From Bacteroidetes bacterium MED-G17 (GTDB lineage Bacteria; Bacteroidota; Bacteroidia; NS11-12g; UBA9320), in the NCBI GenBank assembly GCA_002457675.1, contig NTKK01000002.1:18497-82496 (forward strand): 64,000 bases of DNA. The letters run 5' to 3'. This document shows positions 9,307-19,346 of this stretch, one piece after another. The notes below the pieces were generated by a model. It made no database searches and had not been told where the DNA came from. It saw nothing but the letters and a program-made list of their open reading frames with translations. Position 1 is the first letter of the stretch. Each line of letters opens with the position of its first letter. A program made the position numbers and the translations under genes.

Positions 9307-12300
9307 ATGTTTAGAAATTACAAAATTCTTTTGATGCTTTTTGTGCTTTTCTTTTTTACAAGAAATAGCACAGCTCAGCTAAAAATGGAAAAATTAGGAA
9401 CTTTCACTGCGGATGCAGATTTCGCTGAAAGTGGATCGGAAATCATTGCTTTTGACGAAACTAGTAACAGAGTTTTTTCGACCAATGGCTTTCAAAACCG
9501 AATTGATATTATTGACGCAAGTGACCCAACCAATCCCACATTTGTCAACTCGATAGATGTTTCACTAATTGGTGACGGTGTACAAAGTGTTGCTGTAAGT
9601 GGAGGCATTGTAGCTGTTGCTATTTCTAATGCCGATGGTATGCAGAATGGTTTTGTAGGATTTTTCGATACAGACGGAATATTCAAGTCTTCAGTAGAAG
9701 TTGGGGTGCTTCCTGACGCGGTAACTTTTTCCCCAGATGGAAACACTGTCATCACATCGAACGAAGGAGAGCCAAGCGATGATTATTTACAAGATCCAAA
9801 AGGATCTATTTCTATTATTGATGTTTCTGTGGGTATTGATGCAATCTCTCAAGCGAATGTTACAACGCTTAGTTTTGATGAATACAACAATAACTACGAC
9901 AGAAATATCAGAGTCTTTGGGGTGACACAACCTTTTTTAACAGAATTCCTAGACACTACCCTAGAAGCCAACGGTGTAAAAACTTACAACAATGCTTCTG
10001 ACAAAGACTGGAGATTGTCTTCTAGAGATGGAATATTTTACGCGGAGATAAATGGATTTCGCGGAGATGTAGCCTCGAATGACTGGTTGGTTGTTGATTC
10101 ATTAGATCTTGCGACTAGTGGACACGAGCATGCCTACCTCAGCTTTTTGAATGAAAGAAGATTCAATGGAAACGGAATGGAAGTTTTAGCTTCCACGGAC
10201 TTTGCAGGCGATGTGAATACAGCCACTTGGGTTAATATTGAAGACAATAAGTCCATAAGTATGATGCTTAGTGCTGCCTCTGATGATACCGAAGAATACG
10301 TAGATGGACCAAATCAAACGGAAACTGTCGGTTCTAATGATTTTGGAAGTTCAGATCTTGAATTTAACTCTGAAAGAGACGGTATGACTAGACCTCAAGC
10401 GGTCGCAGTTAGATTTGATAATGTTCAAATTCAAAAGGGTGCAACTGTTAAAAATGCTTACGTACAATTTACAGTTGATGAAGCCGCAAAAAATGATGGA
10501 GAATGTTCTGTAGATATTTTGGTAGAAGCTAATGAAAATGCATCCACATTTGACGGAACTGATTCTTTAGTTGCTAATAGAACGAAGATGAAAAATCCGA
10601 ACGCCAGTGATTTAATTATCTCTGAAGTAGCTGAAGGTTCTTCGTATAACAAGTACATGGAAATTTATAACGGAACAGGTTCTGCAATTGATCTTTCCGA
10701 CTATGCCTTAGCAAATGTTGGTAATGCTCCAAGGAGAGAAGGTGAACATGAATTTTGGAGAGATTTCGATTCAGGTGCCGTAATACCTGCGGGTGGAACA
10801 TATATTATTGCCGATGATAGAGCAGACTCAGCATCAATTGTGAGCAAGGCAGATGAATTCCACAACTTTTTAAGCAATGGTGATGACGGTTATTGCTTGG
10901 TTAAAGGAAACAATTGGTATGGGCCAACTGGAAAATGGAAACCTGTTTCCATAGCAGTAGGCCCGGGAAGAGGAAGAGCAGATTATTTTGCTTTCAACTA
11001 TATCACCAATGCAGCAAGAAATTCTGTAGATGATGACAGGATTGTTTTTAATCTCGACGGAACCTTCGAAAATGAATTTGGAGCAGATGGAAGAACCTGG
11101 ATAGAGAATTGGTTTGATGGTGCAGGTGATAGAGACGCTGAGCCTTCAACGCCATTTAATAATCCAGCAGGTTCAAGATGGCAAAAGATAGGAACAGACA
11201 CTATAAGAATCATAGGTGCGGGATCGTATATAGGCCTACAAAAAACTGTCAATGGTGGCGAATTTGGAAATGATGTGGCATGGACTGGAGTCGCTAGAGA
11301 TACATTAGAATATCTAATATCATCTGAAAATCCTTCTATTACTGAAACGCTAGTACATTTTGATATTCAAGTAGGAGGTGGAAACTGGTGGAGATTTACC
11401 TACAGTGATGAGGGACAAGATATTTATTTCCCATATGCTAAGGTTGACTGTGTAGGTGATTTTATGGGTGATCCTGGTTCTGGATGGGACGTTGCAGGTG
11501 TTAACAATGGTACAAAAGATCACACCCTAATAAGAAAGTCTTCTGTAGCTGATGGAAACGGCGGAAATTGGACCGCTAGTGCTGGAACAAGTGCTGAAAA
11601 CTCTGAGTGGATTGTAAAAGATAAGGATGACTGGAATGATATTGCAAAGCACGCCACTGACATTGGAAAAGATATGTCTGTTCGTTGGACTATTGCAGCA
11701 AATACTTGGCAAACAGCAGACGAATCTGGTGCCGATCAACAAACCGTAGATATTTCTAAATTGGTTCAATCTGTAATTGATATGCCAGATTGGGAAGCTG
11801 GAAATGCAATCGCATTATACTTCATGCCTGCCGGAATTGACCAAGGTATAAGAGTTGCTAAATCAGCTGATGATGCTCCAGATGAAGCAGCAGAATTACA
11901 CCTAGAATTTGACGGTGGTGTAATCAACTGGTCTGATAACAACGAATGGCAATGGACAGAGTCAGGTTATATCGATATCTCAGAACACATTTCTGACAAT
12001 ACTGCTATAGCTTTTCACTACACAGGTGGAAATGGTCAAGGCGACGGATCCGGTTCGTGGTACAGAATTTCTGATATTGAAATCGCTCAGCAAGATTTGG
12101 CAAATGATTTAGAGCCAGAATACTCTGTTGTTGGTTCAGACAATAATACTGTCTACACCGTTGCTCAAGAAAATAATGCAATGATTGTTAGTACAATCAA
12201 CCCTCCTGCCATTTATGGAATCTATCCATTAGGCACCAAAGACCACAGCGCACCAGGAAACGGTTTAGACCCAACGAATGACGACGGTGGAATCAATATT

Positions 12301-13386
12301 GGCAACTTCCCCCTAAATGGAATGTATATGCCAGATGGTATGGCAGTTGCGAACATTGGAGGAAATGATTATGTATTCACTGCCAATGAGGGCGATGCTA
12401 GAGAATATGAAGATCTTCCTGGATTAATCGAAGAGGTTGATTTAATTGATGGAGGTAACGGTCTTGTGGGACAAGGATTCATGGATATGGATGACAATGA
12501 TACAGCTGACGATGGAACTGAAGACTGGTATACACAATGGGGTGGAGATGATAAATTAAATGACATGTCTTACCCAGTTGCGTTCAATGCGCACACAAAT
12601 GGTGTTACAGCAGAAGTAAATCTATATGGAGATACAGACGGTGATGGTCTAATCGAAGAATTGCACAGTTATGGTGCCAGATCATTTACCATATGGGATA
12701 ATAGATTGGCCGTAATTTATGACAGTAAAGATGAGTTTGAGCAAAACATTGCCAAAGAACACCCAGATAACTTCGGAAATGACAATGATGAGCAAGATTT
12801 TGAAGGTAGAAGTGACAACAAAGGCCCAGAACCAGAATCAGTAGCCGTTGGACAACTCGGAGATAAATACTTCGCATTCATAGGCCTAGAAAGAGCTGGA
12901 GGAATAATGGTATATGACGTTACTGACCCTGCTAATTCAAAATATGTTATGTATGAGTTGAACAGAGATGTAACCTTACCAATTGAAGAGCAAGGTGATC
13001 TTGGTCCAGAAGATGTAAAGTTTGTTTCAGCTGAAAATAGCCCTAACGGAAAAGCTATGGTTATTGTATCAAATGAAGTAAGTAATACGGTTACATTCTA
13101 TAATGTTGAATATTTAACTGGAAACATTGAAGACATCAACGATAAAGATGTTGTTAAAATTGCTCCAAACCCTTCCAACGGATTAGTTAATCTATATGTG
13201 CACAATGCAATTAAAGAAAACTACAATGTAGAAGTTTACAACCTAGTTGGAACTGTTGTTTACAGTGAAAGTAATTTACGTGGTGGAGTGACCGCCCTAG
13301 ACCTAAACCATCTTGACAAAGGTGTTTATATCATCTCTGTAGGAAACAACAAAGTTTCTAGCAAACAAAGAGTTGTATTGAAATAG
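9307..13386 (+). CDS. T9SS type-A secreted choice-of-anchor I (alkaline-phosphatase-related) protein with nested inserted domains
   Basis: Signal peptide; LPDAVTFSPDG..NEGEPS..DPKGSISIID, DLEPEY, QENNA, MYMPDG, TANEGDAR, GARSFTIW, RSDNKGPEPE, GLERAGG, DLGPE, SNEVS; CTD IAPNPSNG..GVYII. Confidence 0.9.
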   Translation: MFRNYKILLMLFVLFFFTRNSTAQLKMEKLGTFTADADFAESGSEIIAFDETSNRVFSTNGFQNRIDIIDASDPTNPTFVNSIDVSLIGDGVQSVAVSGGIVAVAISNADGMQNGFVGFFDTDGIFKSSVEVGVLPDAVTFSPDGNTVITSNEGEPSDDYLQDPKGSISIIDVSVGIDAISQANVTTLSFDEYNNNYDRNIRVFGVTQPFLTEFLDTTLEANGVKTYNNASDKDWRLSSRDGIFYAEINGFRGDVASNDWLVVDSLDLATSGHEHAYLSFLNERRFNGNGMEVLASTDFAGDVNTATWVNIEDNKSISMMLSAASDDTEEYVDGPNQTETVGSNDFGSSDLEFNSERDGMTRPQAVAVRFDNVQIQKGATVKNAYVQFTVDEAAKNDGECSVDILVEANENASTFDGTDSLVANRTKMKNPNASDLIISEVAEGSSYNKYMEIYNGTGSAIDLSDYALANVGNAPRREGEHEFWRDFDSGAVIPAGGTYIIADDRADSASIVSKADEFHNFLSNGDDGYCLVKGNNWYGPTGKWKPVSIAVGPGRGRADYFAFNYITNAARNSVDDDRIVFNLDGTFENEFGADGRTWIENWFDGAGDRDAEPSTPFNNPAGSRWQKIGTDTIRIIGAGSYIGLQKTVNGGEFGNDVAWTGVARDTLEYLISSENPSITETLVHFDIQVGGGNWWRFTYSDEGQDIYFPYAKVDCVGDFMGDPGSGWDVAGVNNGTKDHTLIRKSSVADGNGGNWTASAGTSAENSEWIVKDKDDWNDIAKHATDIGKDMSVRWTIAANTWQTADESGADQQTVDISKLVQSVIDMPDWEAGNAIALYFMPAGIDQGIRVAKSADDAPDEAAELHLEFDGGVINWSDNNEWQWTESGYIDISEHISDNTAIAFHYTGGNGQGDGSGSWYRISDIEIAQQDLANDLEPEYSVVGSDNNTVYTVAQENNAMIVSTINPPAIYGIYPLGTKDHSAPGNGLDPTNDDGGINIGNFPLNGMYMPDGMAVANIGGNDYVFTANEGDAREYEDLPGLIEEVDLIDGGNGLVGQGFMDMDDNDTADDGTEDWYTQWGGDDKLNDMSYPVAFNAHTNGVTAEVNLYGDTDGDGLIEELHSYGARSFTIWDNRLAVIYDSKDEFEQNIAKEHPDNFGNDNDEQDFEGRSDNKGPEPESVAVGQLGDKYFAFIGLERAGGIMVYDVTDPANSKYVMYELNRDVTLPIEEQGDLGPEDVKFVSAENSPNGKAMVIVSNEVSNTVTFYNVEYLTGNIEDINDKDVVKIAPNPSNGLVNLYVHNAIKENYNVEVYNLVGTVVYSESNLRGGVTALDLNHLDKGVYIISVGNNKVSSKQRVVLK

Positions 13387-13406
13387 GTTTTATAAAAATA
13401 ATCATT

Positions 13407-13438
13407 AAAAAAGGCCCATCTGTTGATGGGCCTTTTTT
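13407..13438. terminator. bidirectional intrinsic terminator
   Basis: AAAAAAGGCCCATC-TGTT-GATGGGCCTTTTTT between the convergent 9307 gene and tRNA-Pro. Confidence 0.9.
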
Positions 13439-13450
13439 GTTTTTAGCTTG

Positions 13451-13525
13451 TCGGGATGAGTGGATTCGAACCACCGATCTCACGCCCCCCAGACGTGCAC
13501 TTTAACCGGACTAAGCTACATCCCG
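13451..13525 (-). tRNA. tRNA-Pro(GGG)
   Basis: Reverse complement CGGGATG-TAGCTTAG..CACGT-CT-GGG-GG-GCGTG..GGTTCGAATCC-ACTCATCCCG-A forms a cloverleaf; CCA not encoded. Confidence 0.96.
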
Positions 13526-13538
13526 ATGTGATGCGAAC

Positions 13539-14768
13539 TTATACCAAATTGCTTAGGGTCATTTCGAGTGCTTTACTCGAAATACCCGTATTTTTTGGAT
13601 TAAATTGATGAACCCGCATCAAGGTTCTTCTCATCAGTTCACTTGTGTCTTTAAAGATGGTAACATCCTCTACATTATTTCCTACTTGGTGTAAATAGGC
13701 AAATGTTCTCGCCATGCCTGAATTTGCTATAAAATCTGGGATTACCGCTATATTCTCATCCGCGAATTGAGCGATAGGACCCATAAAAATTTCTTTATCT
13801 GCAAAAGGGACATTGGCACCATTTGAAATTACCTCTATACCTGAGTCGATCAGTTGCTCTACATGTCCGCGAGATATCAATCTAGAAGCTGCACCAGGAA
13901 TAAATATTTCCGCACTCAAATTCCAAATTTTTTCATCTACTTCTTGAAATGACAGCATTTTAGGATGATTGAGTTTATTGCCTTTTCGATTGATAAATAA
14001 GTCTTTTACTTCTGACAAACTCAGACCCTCTTCTTTTATCAAACCATTTTCTTTATCTATAATTCCAGTTATAAGCGCTCCATGCTTAGCAAGATAAAAT
14101 GCTGCTGCAGCTGCAACATTTCCCCAACCTTGAATAATGGCCCTCCTTCCCTGCAATCTTCCTCCCCAAATTTCATAGTAATGACGAACGCACTCTGCGA
14201 CACCAAATCCAGTAATCATGTCACTAATCGTATAGGCCTTTTCCACGTCTGGACTAAATCTTTCGTCTGTTATGCTTAAAGAAACGCCATCTTGGAGTTG
14301 CTGAATAGCTTGCATTTTTTCCTGTTCGGAATATCTTTCGAAATGGCCGTTGACTGTTCCCTCTTGCGGATGCAATAAACCTAGGTCTGCGGTATAAGGA
14401 ATGACTTCATGAATTTCATCAACATTCATATCTCCCCCAGTTCCATAATACATTTTCAAAAGCGGATAAACCGCCTTATACCATCTTCTAAGCACCCCTT
14501 CTTTCCTTGGATCATTGGGATCAAAATTGATTCCTGACTTAGCTCCTCCAATATCTGGACCACTTACAGCGAATTTTACTTCCATGGTTTTTGCCAAAGA
14601 CTCCACCTCTCTCATGTTCAAACCTTTTCTCATGCGCGTACCACCACCAGCTGAACCATTTCTTAACGAATTGATTACCAACCAACCTTCAGCTTCGGTT
14701 TCAGTGTCTGACCATTCAAATACGATTTCTGGTCTTTTCTCTTCAAATTGTTGAAGTAATTTGAGCAT
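13539..14768 (-). CDS. Glu/Leu/Phe/Val amino-acid dehydrogenase family protein
   Basis: GGGTR, IGGAKSG, Rossmann QGWGNVA, GANVPF, PDFIANSG. Confidence 0.9.
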   Translation of the reverse strand: MLKLLQQFEEKRPEIVFEWSDTETEAEGWLVINSLRNGSAGGGTRMRKGLNMREVESLAKTMEVKFAVSGPDIGGAKSGINFDPNDPRKEGVLRRWYKAVYPLLKMYYGTGGDMNVDEIHEVIPYTADLGLLHPQEGTVNGHFERYSEQEKMQAIQQLQDGVSLSITDERFSPDVEKAYTISDMITGFGVAECVRHYYEIWGGRLQGRRAIIQGWGNVAAAAAFYLAKHGALITGIIDKENGLIKEEGLSLSEVKDLFINRKGNKLNHPKMLSFQEVDEKIWNLSAEIFIPGAASRLISRGHVEQLIDSGIEVISNGANVPFADKEIFMGPIAQFADENIAVIPDFIANSGMARTFAYLHQVGNNVEDVTIFKDTSELMRRTLMRVHQFNPKNTGISSKALEMTLSNLV

Positions 14769-14770
14769 AC

Positions 14771-15862
14771 CTATAAGAGGTCAGAGAAGTTTCCATGTAG
14801 TGATCCCGCGAGGACATCATCATCAGCACCCGTAACTGATTTATAAATATTGTCAATATTTTTTACCCTCAAAATACCTAGAAGAGCAAAAATTAATGCT
14901 TCTTTATATTTTACTAGCATATCGTCAGGAATTACAATTTCAACATCTGTATGGGTTTTTATATGATCAATTAATGTTTTGTTGTGAACACCCCCACCTG
15001 TGGCGAGTACGCGCTTTACGCTTCCTTCCCCACCTGTTAAATCTTCAATGTTATTGCCAATTTGTGAACCAACGTGGTCGCAAAGGGTTTTCATTTTGTC
15101 CTCTTTACTAATGCCACTTTCTCTAACGTTAAACCAAAACTGATCGTTTATCCATTCTCTTCCTAATGTTTTAGAACCACTTTGATGATAATACTCAATT
15201 TTATTCAACTTATCCAATAATTGGTAGTCGATTTTCCCTGATTCAGCAATGGTCCCGTTCTCGTCATAGTCTTTGCCAAACTCTCGTGCAATACGATTGA
15301 ATAAAATATTTGCAGGGCAAATGTCAAATCCAATTCTTGCTCCGTTTTGATTTGAGGAAATATTGGCAAAACCACCAATATTAAGACATACATCATACTC
15401 TGAAAAAAGAAGCTCATCTCCAACGGCACTAAGAGGTGCGCCATGTCCACCAAAAATTACATCCATGGCTCTAAAGTTGGTTACCGATGGAATACCTGTC
15501 ATAGCCGTAATGGAATTCCCATCACCAATTTGCACCGAAAGATTATTGTGTGGTTGGTGAAAAATAGTATGCCCGTGCGAAGCAATTAAATCCGCATCTA
15601 AACTATTTTCATCAAGAAAATCGGCTATACACTCGCCAATATACTGACCGAAAAACCTATCTGTTTTATAAAAAATCAATGATGATTGATTTCTTAATTT
15701 GGAAAGTCGCAATCGCCATTTGTCGCCATAGGGTATTGTTTTGGCGTGGTTGATCTTATAATCCCATTTTTTGTCTTCCCTTTCACTTAATGTGAAATGT
15801 GCTATGTCTAAACCGTCCATTGAAGTTCCAGACATTACACCAATTATATTATATGAACGCAT
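14771..15862 (-). CDS. anmK: anhydro-N-acetylmuramic acid kinase
   Basis: IGVMSGTSMDGLD, IASHGHTIFHQP, GGHGAPL, NIGGFANI, TGGGVHN, KEALIFA. Confidence 0.95.
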   Translation of the reverse strand: MRSYNIIGVMSGTSMDGLDIAHFTLSEREDKKWDYKINHAKTIPYGDKWRLRLSKLRNQSSLIFYKTDRFFGQYIGECIADFLDENSLDADLIASHGHTIFHQPHNNLSVQIGDGNSITAMTGIPSVTNFRAMDVIFGGHGAPLSAVGDELLFSEYDVCLNIGGFANISSNQNGARIGFDICPANILFNRIAREFGKDYDENGTIAESGKIDYQLLDKLNKIEYYHQSGSKTLGREWINDQFWFNVRESGISKEDKMKTLCDHVGSQIGNNIEDLTGGEGSVKRVLATGGGVHNKTLIDHIKTHTDVEIVIPDDMLVKYKEALIFALLGILRVKNIDNIYKSVTGADDDVLAGSLHGNFSDLL

Positions 15863-15905
15863 AATTATTTAAATTGAATATGTAACTAAAAATTTAGCAG
15901 GGGTG

Positions 15906-15913
15906 CAAATTTA
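15906..15913 (-). promoter_or_regulatory. sigma-A -7 element TAAATTTG upstream of anmK
   Basis: TAnnTTTG match in the divergent intergenic region. Confidence 0.55.
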
Positions 15914-15976
15914 CGTTTTTGTGGTGCTTCATACAATCATTTTATAATAAGGCCTTATTTTGCAATCATATCTTTG

Positions 15977-16843
15977 ATGAAAGTAGCTGGAGTAACATTC
16001 ATTCGCAATGCAGAAAAATTTGCCTATCCAATTAAAGAAGCTATATTATCAATTTTACCGATTTGTGATGAATTGGTCGTTGCTGTTGGCAAGTCAGAAG
16101 ACAAAACGCTAGAAATAATTCAACATATAGATAGCGACAAAATCCAAATAATTCAAACAGTTTGGGATGACAACATAAGAACTGGCGGGCAGGTTCTAGC
16201 GATAGAAACCAACAAAGCCTTAGATGCTGTTTCAAATGATATAGATTGGTGTTTCTATATCCAAGCTGACGAGGCTATTCATGAAAAATATCTTTCCAAT
16301 GTTCGAAAAGCAATGCAAGACAATCTTAACAACAAAAACATTGATGGCTTGCTTTTTCATTACAAACACTTTTGGGGAAATTATGACTACATTGGAAACT
16401 CTAGAAAATGGTACAGAAAAGAAGTTCGCATTATAAGAAACAATAAAAAAATTAGATCTTACAAAGACGCCCAAGGTTTTAGAAAAAATAATCTAAAACT
16501 AAACGTAAAGCAAGTGGATGCATATATCTACCATTATGGCTGGGTAAGGCCACCTGAAAAACTTCAACTTAAAAATTTGGAGGCCAATAAACTTTGGCAT
16601 TCCGACGATTGGATAAGTAAAAATGTACCCAAGGGTTCTGAATTTGATTTTTCAAATATTGATTCTTTAGAAAAATTTGATGGTACACACCCGGAAGCAA
16701 TGGCAAAACTGATATCAACAATCAATTGGCATTTTAATCCCCCTCCGAACCGGTTGGGAACTAAAGAAAGAATTTCAAGATGGATAGAAAAACTTACTAA
16801 TTATCGCTTGGGAGAATACAAAAACTACAATTTGAGTAAATAA
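15977..16843 (+). CDS. glycosyltransferase family 2
   Basis: FIRNA..YPI.EAI.SILP, YIQADE, IYHYGWVRPP. Confidence 0.88.
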   Translation: MKVAGVTFIRNAEKFAYPIKEAILSILPICDELVVAVGKSEDKTLEIIQHIDSDKIQIIQTVWDDNIRTGGQVLAIETNKALDAVSNDIDWCFYIQADEAIHEKYLSNVRKAMQDNLNNKNIDGLLFHYKHFWGNYDYIGNSRKWYRKEVRIIRNNKKIRSYKDAQGFRKNNLKLNVKQVDAYIYHYGWVRPPEKLQLKNLEANKLWHSDDWISKNVPKGSEFDFSNIDSLEKFDGTHPEAMAKLISTINWHFNPPPNRLGTKERISRWIEKLTNYRLGEYKNYNLSK

Positions 16844-16847
16844 ACTA

Positions 16848-18380
16848 ATGAATAAAATATCTGCGAGCATAATAACCTACAACGAAGAAGAACATATTAT
16901 AAAGTGTATTCAATCAGTAGCTAAGGTAGCAGATGAAATTGTGGTTTTGGACTCAAATAGCACAGACAATACCGTTGCATTGGCAGAGAAATATGGAGCA
17001 CGTGTTTTTCAGAGAAAATTTGTAGGCTTTACAGAACAAAAAAATGCAGCCGTGAGCCATTGTAATTACAATTTTATATTGTCTCTTGATGCTGATGAGG
17101 AACTATCTGAAGAATTGATCAGGGCTATTTTACTATGTAAGAAAGATGGTGAAGGCAAAATTTTTTCTTTTAACCGCTTAAATCATTTCAACAGAAAACC
17201 TATCAAATCATGCGGTTGGTATCCAGATAAAAAAATAAGACTTTTCCATAAAGATTATGCCCGTTGGGTAGGTGGTATGGTTCATGAAGAAGTTCAATCC
17301 AACAAGCCCAACGAGAAAATAGTACATCTCAAAGGTGACCTTTTGCATTACGGATTCAATAATTCCAATGACTTACTAAATAAAATGCAAAAATATGCCA
17401 CCATATATGCGAGAGAAAACGCATATAAAAAGAAAGTAAACGGCTTGGAAATATGGATCAAAACACAAGCGGCATTTTTTAAAAACTTTTGGCTAAAAAA
17501 AGGTTTTGCTGATGGATACATAGGATATCTTATTTCTAAAGCCAATGCAAATGGGGTGCATTATAAATATGCCCAGCTTAAAGAACAAAACGAATCCTTA
17601 AGATGCAGCCTCATCATCACCACCTATAACAGGCCCGAGGCACTCCAAATTGTTTTAGAATCCGCACTAAGGCAAAATAAATTACCAAAAGAAATAATCG
17701 TTGCTGATGATGGTTCAGGGTTTGAAACAAAAGAACTACTTGCGCAATACTCCAATCGGATAATTCCTATAAAGCACATTTGGCAAGAAGACCAGGGTTT
17801 TAGAGCTTCCCATGCCCGAAACAAAGCCATTGCAGCTGCCCAAGAAATGTATATTATTTTGATTGACGGTGATATGGTTTTACCAAAAACATTTATCCAA
17901 GACCATCTATCCGCTTCCAAAAAAAGTAGGTTGGTGCAAGGATCAAGAGTTTTACTTAGTGAGCATTTGAGCATTAAAACAATTAAAAATATGCAAACAC
18001 CAGGATTTTTTAGCCTTGGTTTAAAAAACCGAAAAAATAGAATTCATTCTAAAGTTTTATCCAAGATTTTTTCATATCCTAACGAAAATATCTTTAAAGT
18101 GCGGAGCGCAAATATTTCTTTTTGGAAGTCTGACGCAATTGCAGTTAACGGTTTCAACGAAGACTTTAATGGCTGGGGGAGAGAAGATTCTGAATTTGTG
18201 CAACGCATATTAAATAATGGCATACAAAAATTTCATCCTAAATTTATGGCGTCTGCCTATCATTTATACCACAAAGAAAGTTCTAGAAAACAACTTCCAG
18301 AAAATGAGAAAATACTCCAAGAGACAGTTAGTAACAAGCTGTTAAAATGCGCTAATGGTCTAAATAAATACCTCAACTAA
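16848..18380 (+). CDS. bifunctional double GT2 glycosyltransferase
   Basis: Two GT-A domains: ITYNEE..LDSNSTD..LDADE and IITTYNRP..ADDGS..IDGD..FNGWGREDSE. Confidence 0.88.
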   Translation: MNKISASIITYNEEEHIIKCIQSVAKVADEIVVLDSNSTDNTVALAEKYGARVFQRKFVGFTEQKNAAVSHCNYNFILSLDADEELSEELIRAILLCKKDGEGKIFSFNRLNHFNRKPIKSCGWYPDKKIRLFHKDYARWVGGMVHEEVQSNKPNEKIVHLKGDLLHYGFNNSNDLLNKMQKYATIYARENAYKKKVNGLEIWIKTQAAFFKNFWLKKGFADGYIGYLISKANANGVHYKYAQLKEQNESLRCSLIITTYNRPEALQIVLESALRQNKLPKEIIVADDGSGFETKELLAQYSNRIIPIKHIWQEDQGFRASHARNKAIAAAQEMYIILIDGDMVLPKTFIQDHLSASKKSRLVQGSRVLLSEHLSIKTIKNMQTPGFFSLGLKNRKNRIHSKVLSKIFSYPNENIFKVRSANISFWKSDAIAVNGFNEDFNGWGREDSEFVQRILNNGIQKFHPKFMASAYHLYHKESSRKQLPENEKILQETVSNKLLKCANGLNKYLN

Positions 18381-18410
18381 ACTTATAGTTAGCCTATTTT
18401 TGAAGTCGTT

Positions 18411-19346
18411 TTGAAAGAAAAAGTATTGGTCATTGGTGCCATGGGTCAGGTAGGAACAGATTTGGTAAATAAACTGGCAAGCATTTATGGTACGTCTAAT
18501 GTGATAGCAAGTGACATTAAATCGCCACAAAAAAGCAACACCTTTTTTGAAACAATGGATGTCTTAGACAAAAATGCCATAAAAGATGTTTTCACCAGGC
18601 ACAAACCAACAATGGTTTACCACCTTGCGGCTATGCTTTCTGCAACAGCAGAAAAATATCCAAAAAAAGCCTGGGAACTTAATATGCAAGGTCAATTTAA
18701 TATTTTCGACGCATGTTTAGACCACCAAGTAGATCGTCTATTTTGGCCCAGCTCAATAGCCGTTTTTGGCCCAAATACACCTAAAATTTTAACTCCTCAA
18801 AATGCCTATTGTGATCCAACTACCATTTATGGAATTAGCAAACTCGCTGGTGAGCAGTATTGCAATTACTACTACAAAAGGTATAACCTTGACGTAAGAA
18901 GCATTAGATATCCAGGTTTAATTAGCTGGAAGGCACAGGCTGGTGGAGGAACAACCGACTATGCGGTAGAGGTTTTTTCAGAAATTATTAAAACTAAAAG
19001 TTACAGCTGCTTTCTTAAACCAGATACTATGTTGCCAATGATGTATATGGATGACGCAATTAGAGCGACCATCGAAATCTTAGAAGCTCCTTCAGTTAAA
19101 ATTAAAGAAAGGACATCATACAACATTGCTGGGTTTTCTTTCACACCAAAACAACTTTTTGACGAAATTGCGCTGCACGAACCTGCTGCTGAATTTGACT
19201 ACCAAACTGATGAGCGACAACAAATTGCTGACTCTTGGCCAAAAAGTATTGATGACAAAGTAGCAAGAAATGATTGGTCATGGCACCATCAATTTTCCCT
19301 AAGCAAGATGGTTAGCAATATGTTTGAAAACCTAACCAAACCTTAG
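18411..19346 (+). CDS. L-threonine 3-dehydrogenase, NAD-dependent epimerase/SDR type
   Basis: GAMGQVG, HLAAMLSA, PSSIAVFG, YGISK, GGGTTDYAV, RQQIADSWP; TTG start with TATTTTTG 8 nt upstream. Confidence 0.88.
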   Translation: MKEKVLVIGAMGQVGTDLVNKLASIYGTSNVIASDIKSPQKSNTFFETMDVLDKNAIKDVFTRHKPTMVYHLAAMLSATAEKYPKKAWELNMQGQFNIFDACLDHQVDRLFWPSSIAVFGPNTPKILTPQNAYCDPTTIYGISKLAGEQYCNYYYKRYNLDVRSIRYPGLISWKAQAGGGTTDYAVEVFSEIIKTKSYSCFLKPDTMLPMMYMDDAIRATIEILEAPSVKIKERTSYNIAGFSFTPKQLFDEIALHEPAAEFDYQTDERQQIADSWPKSIDDKVARNDWSWHHQFSLSKMVSNMFENLTKP

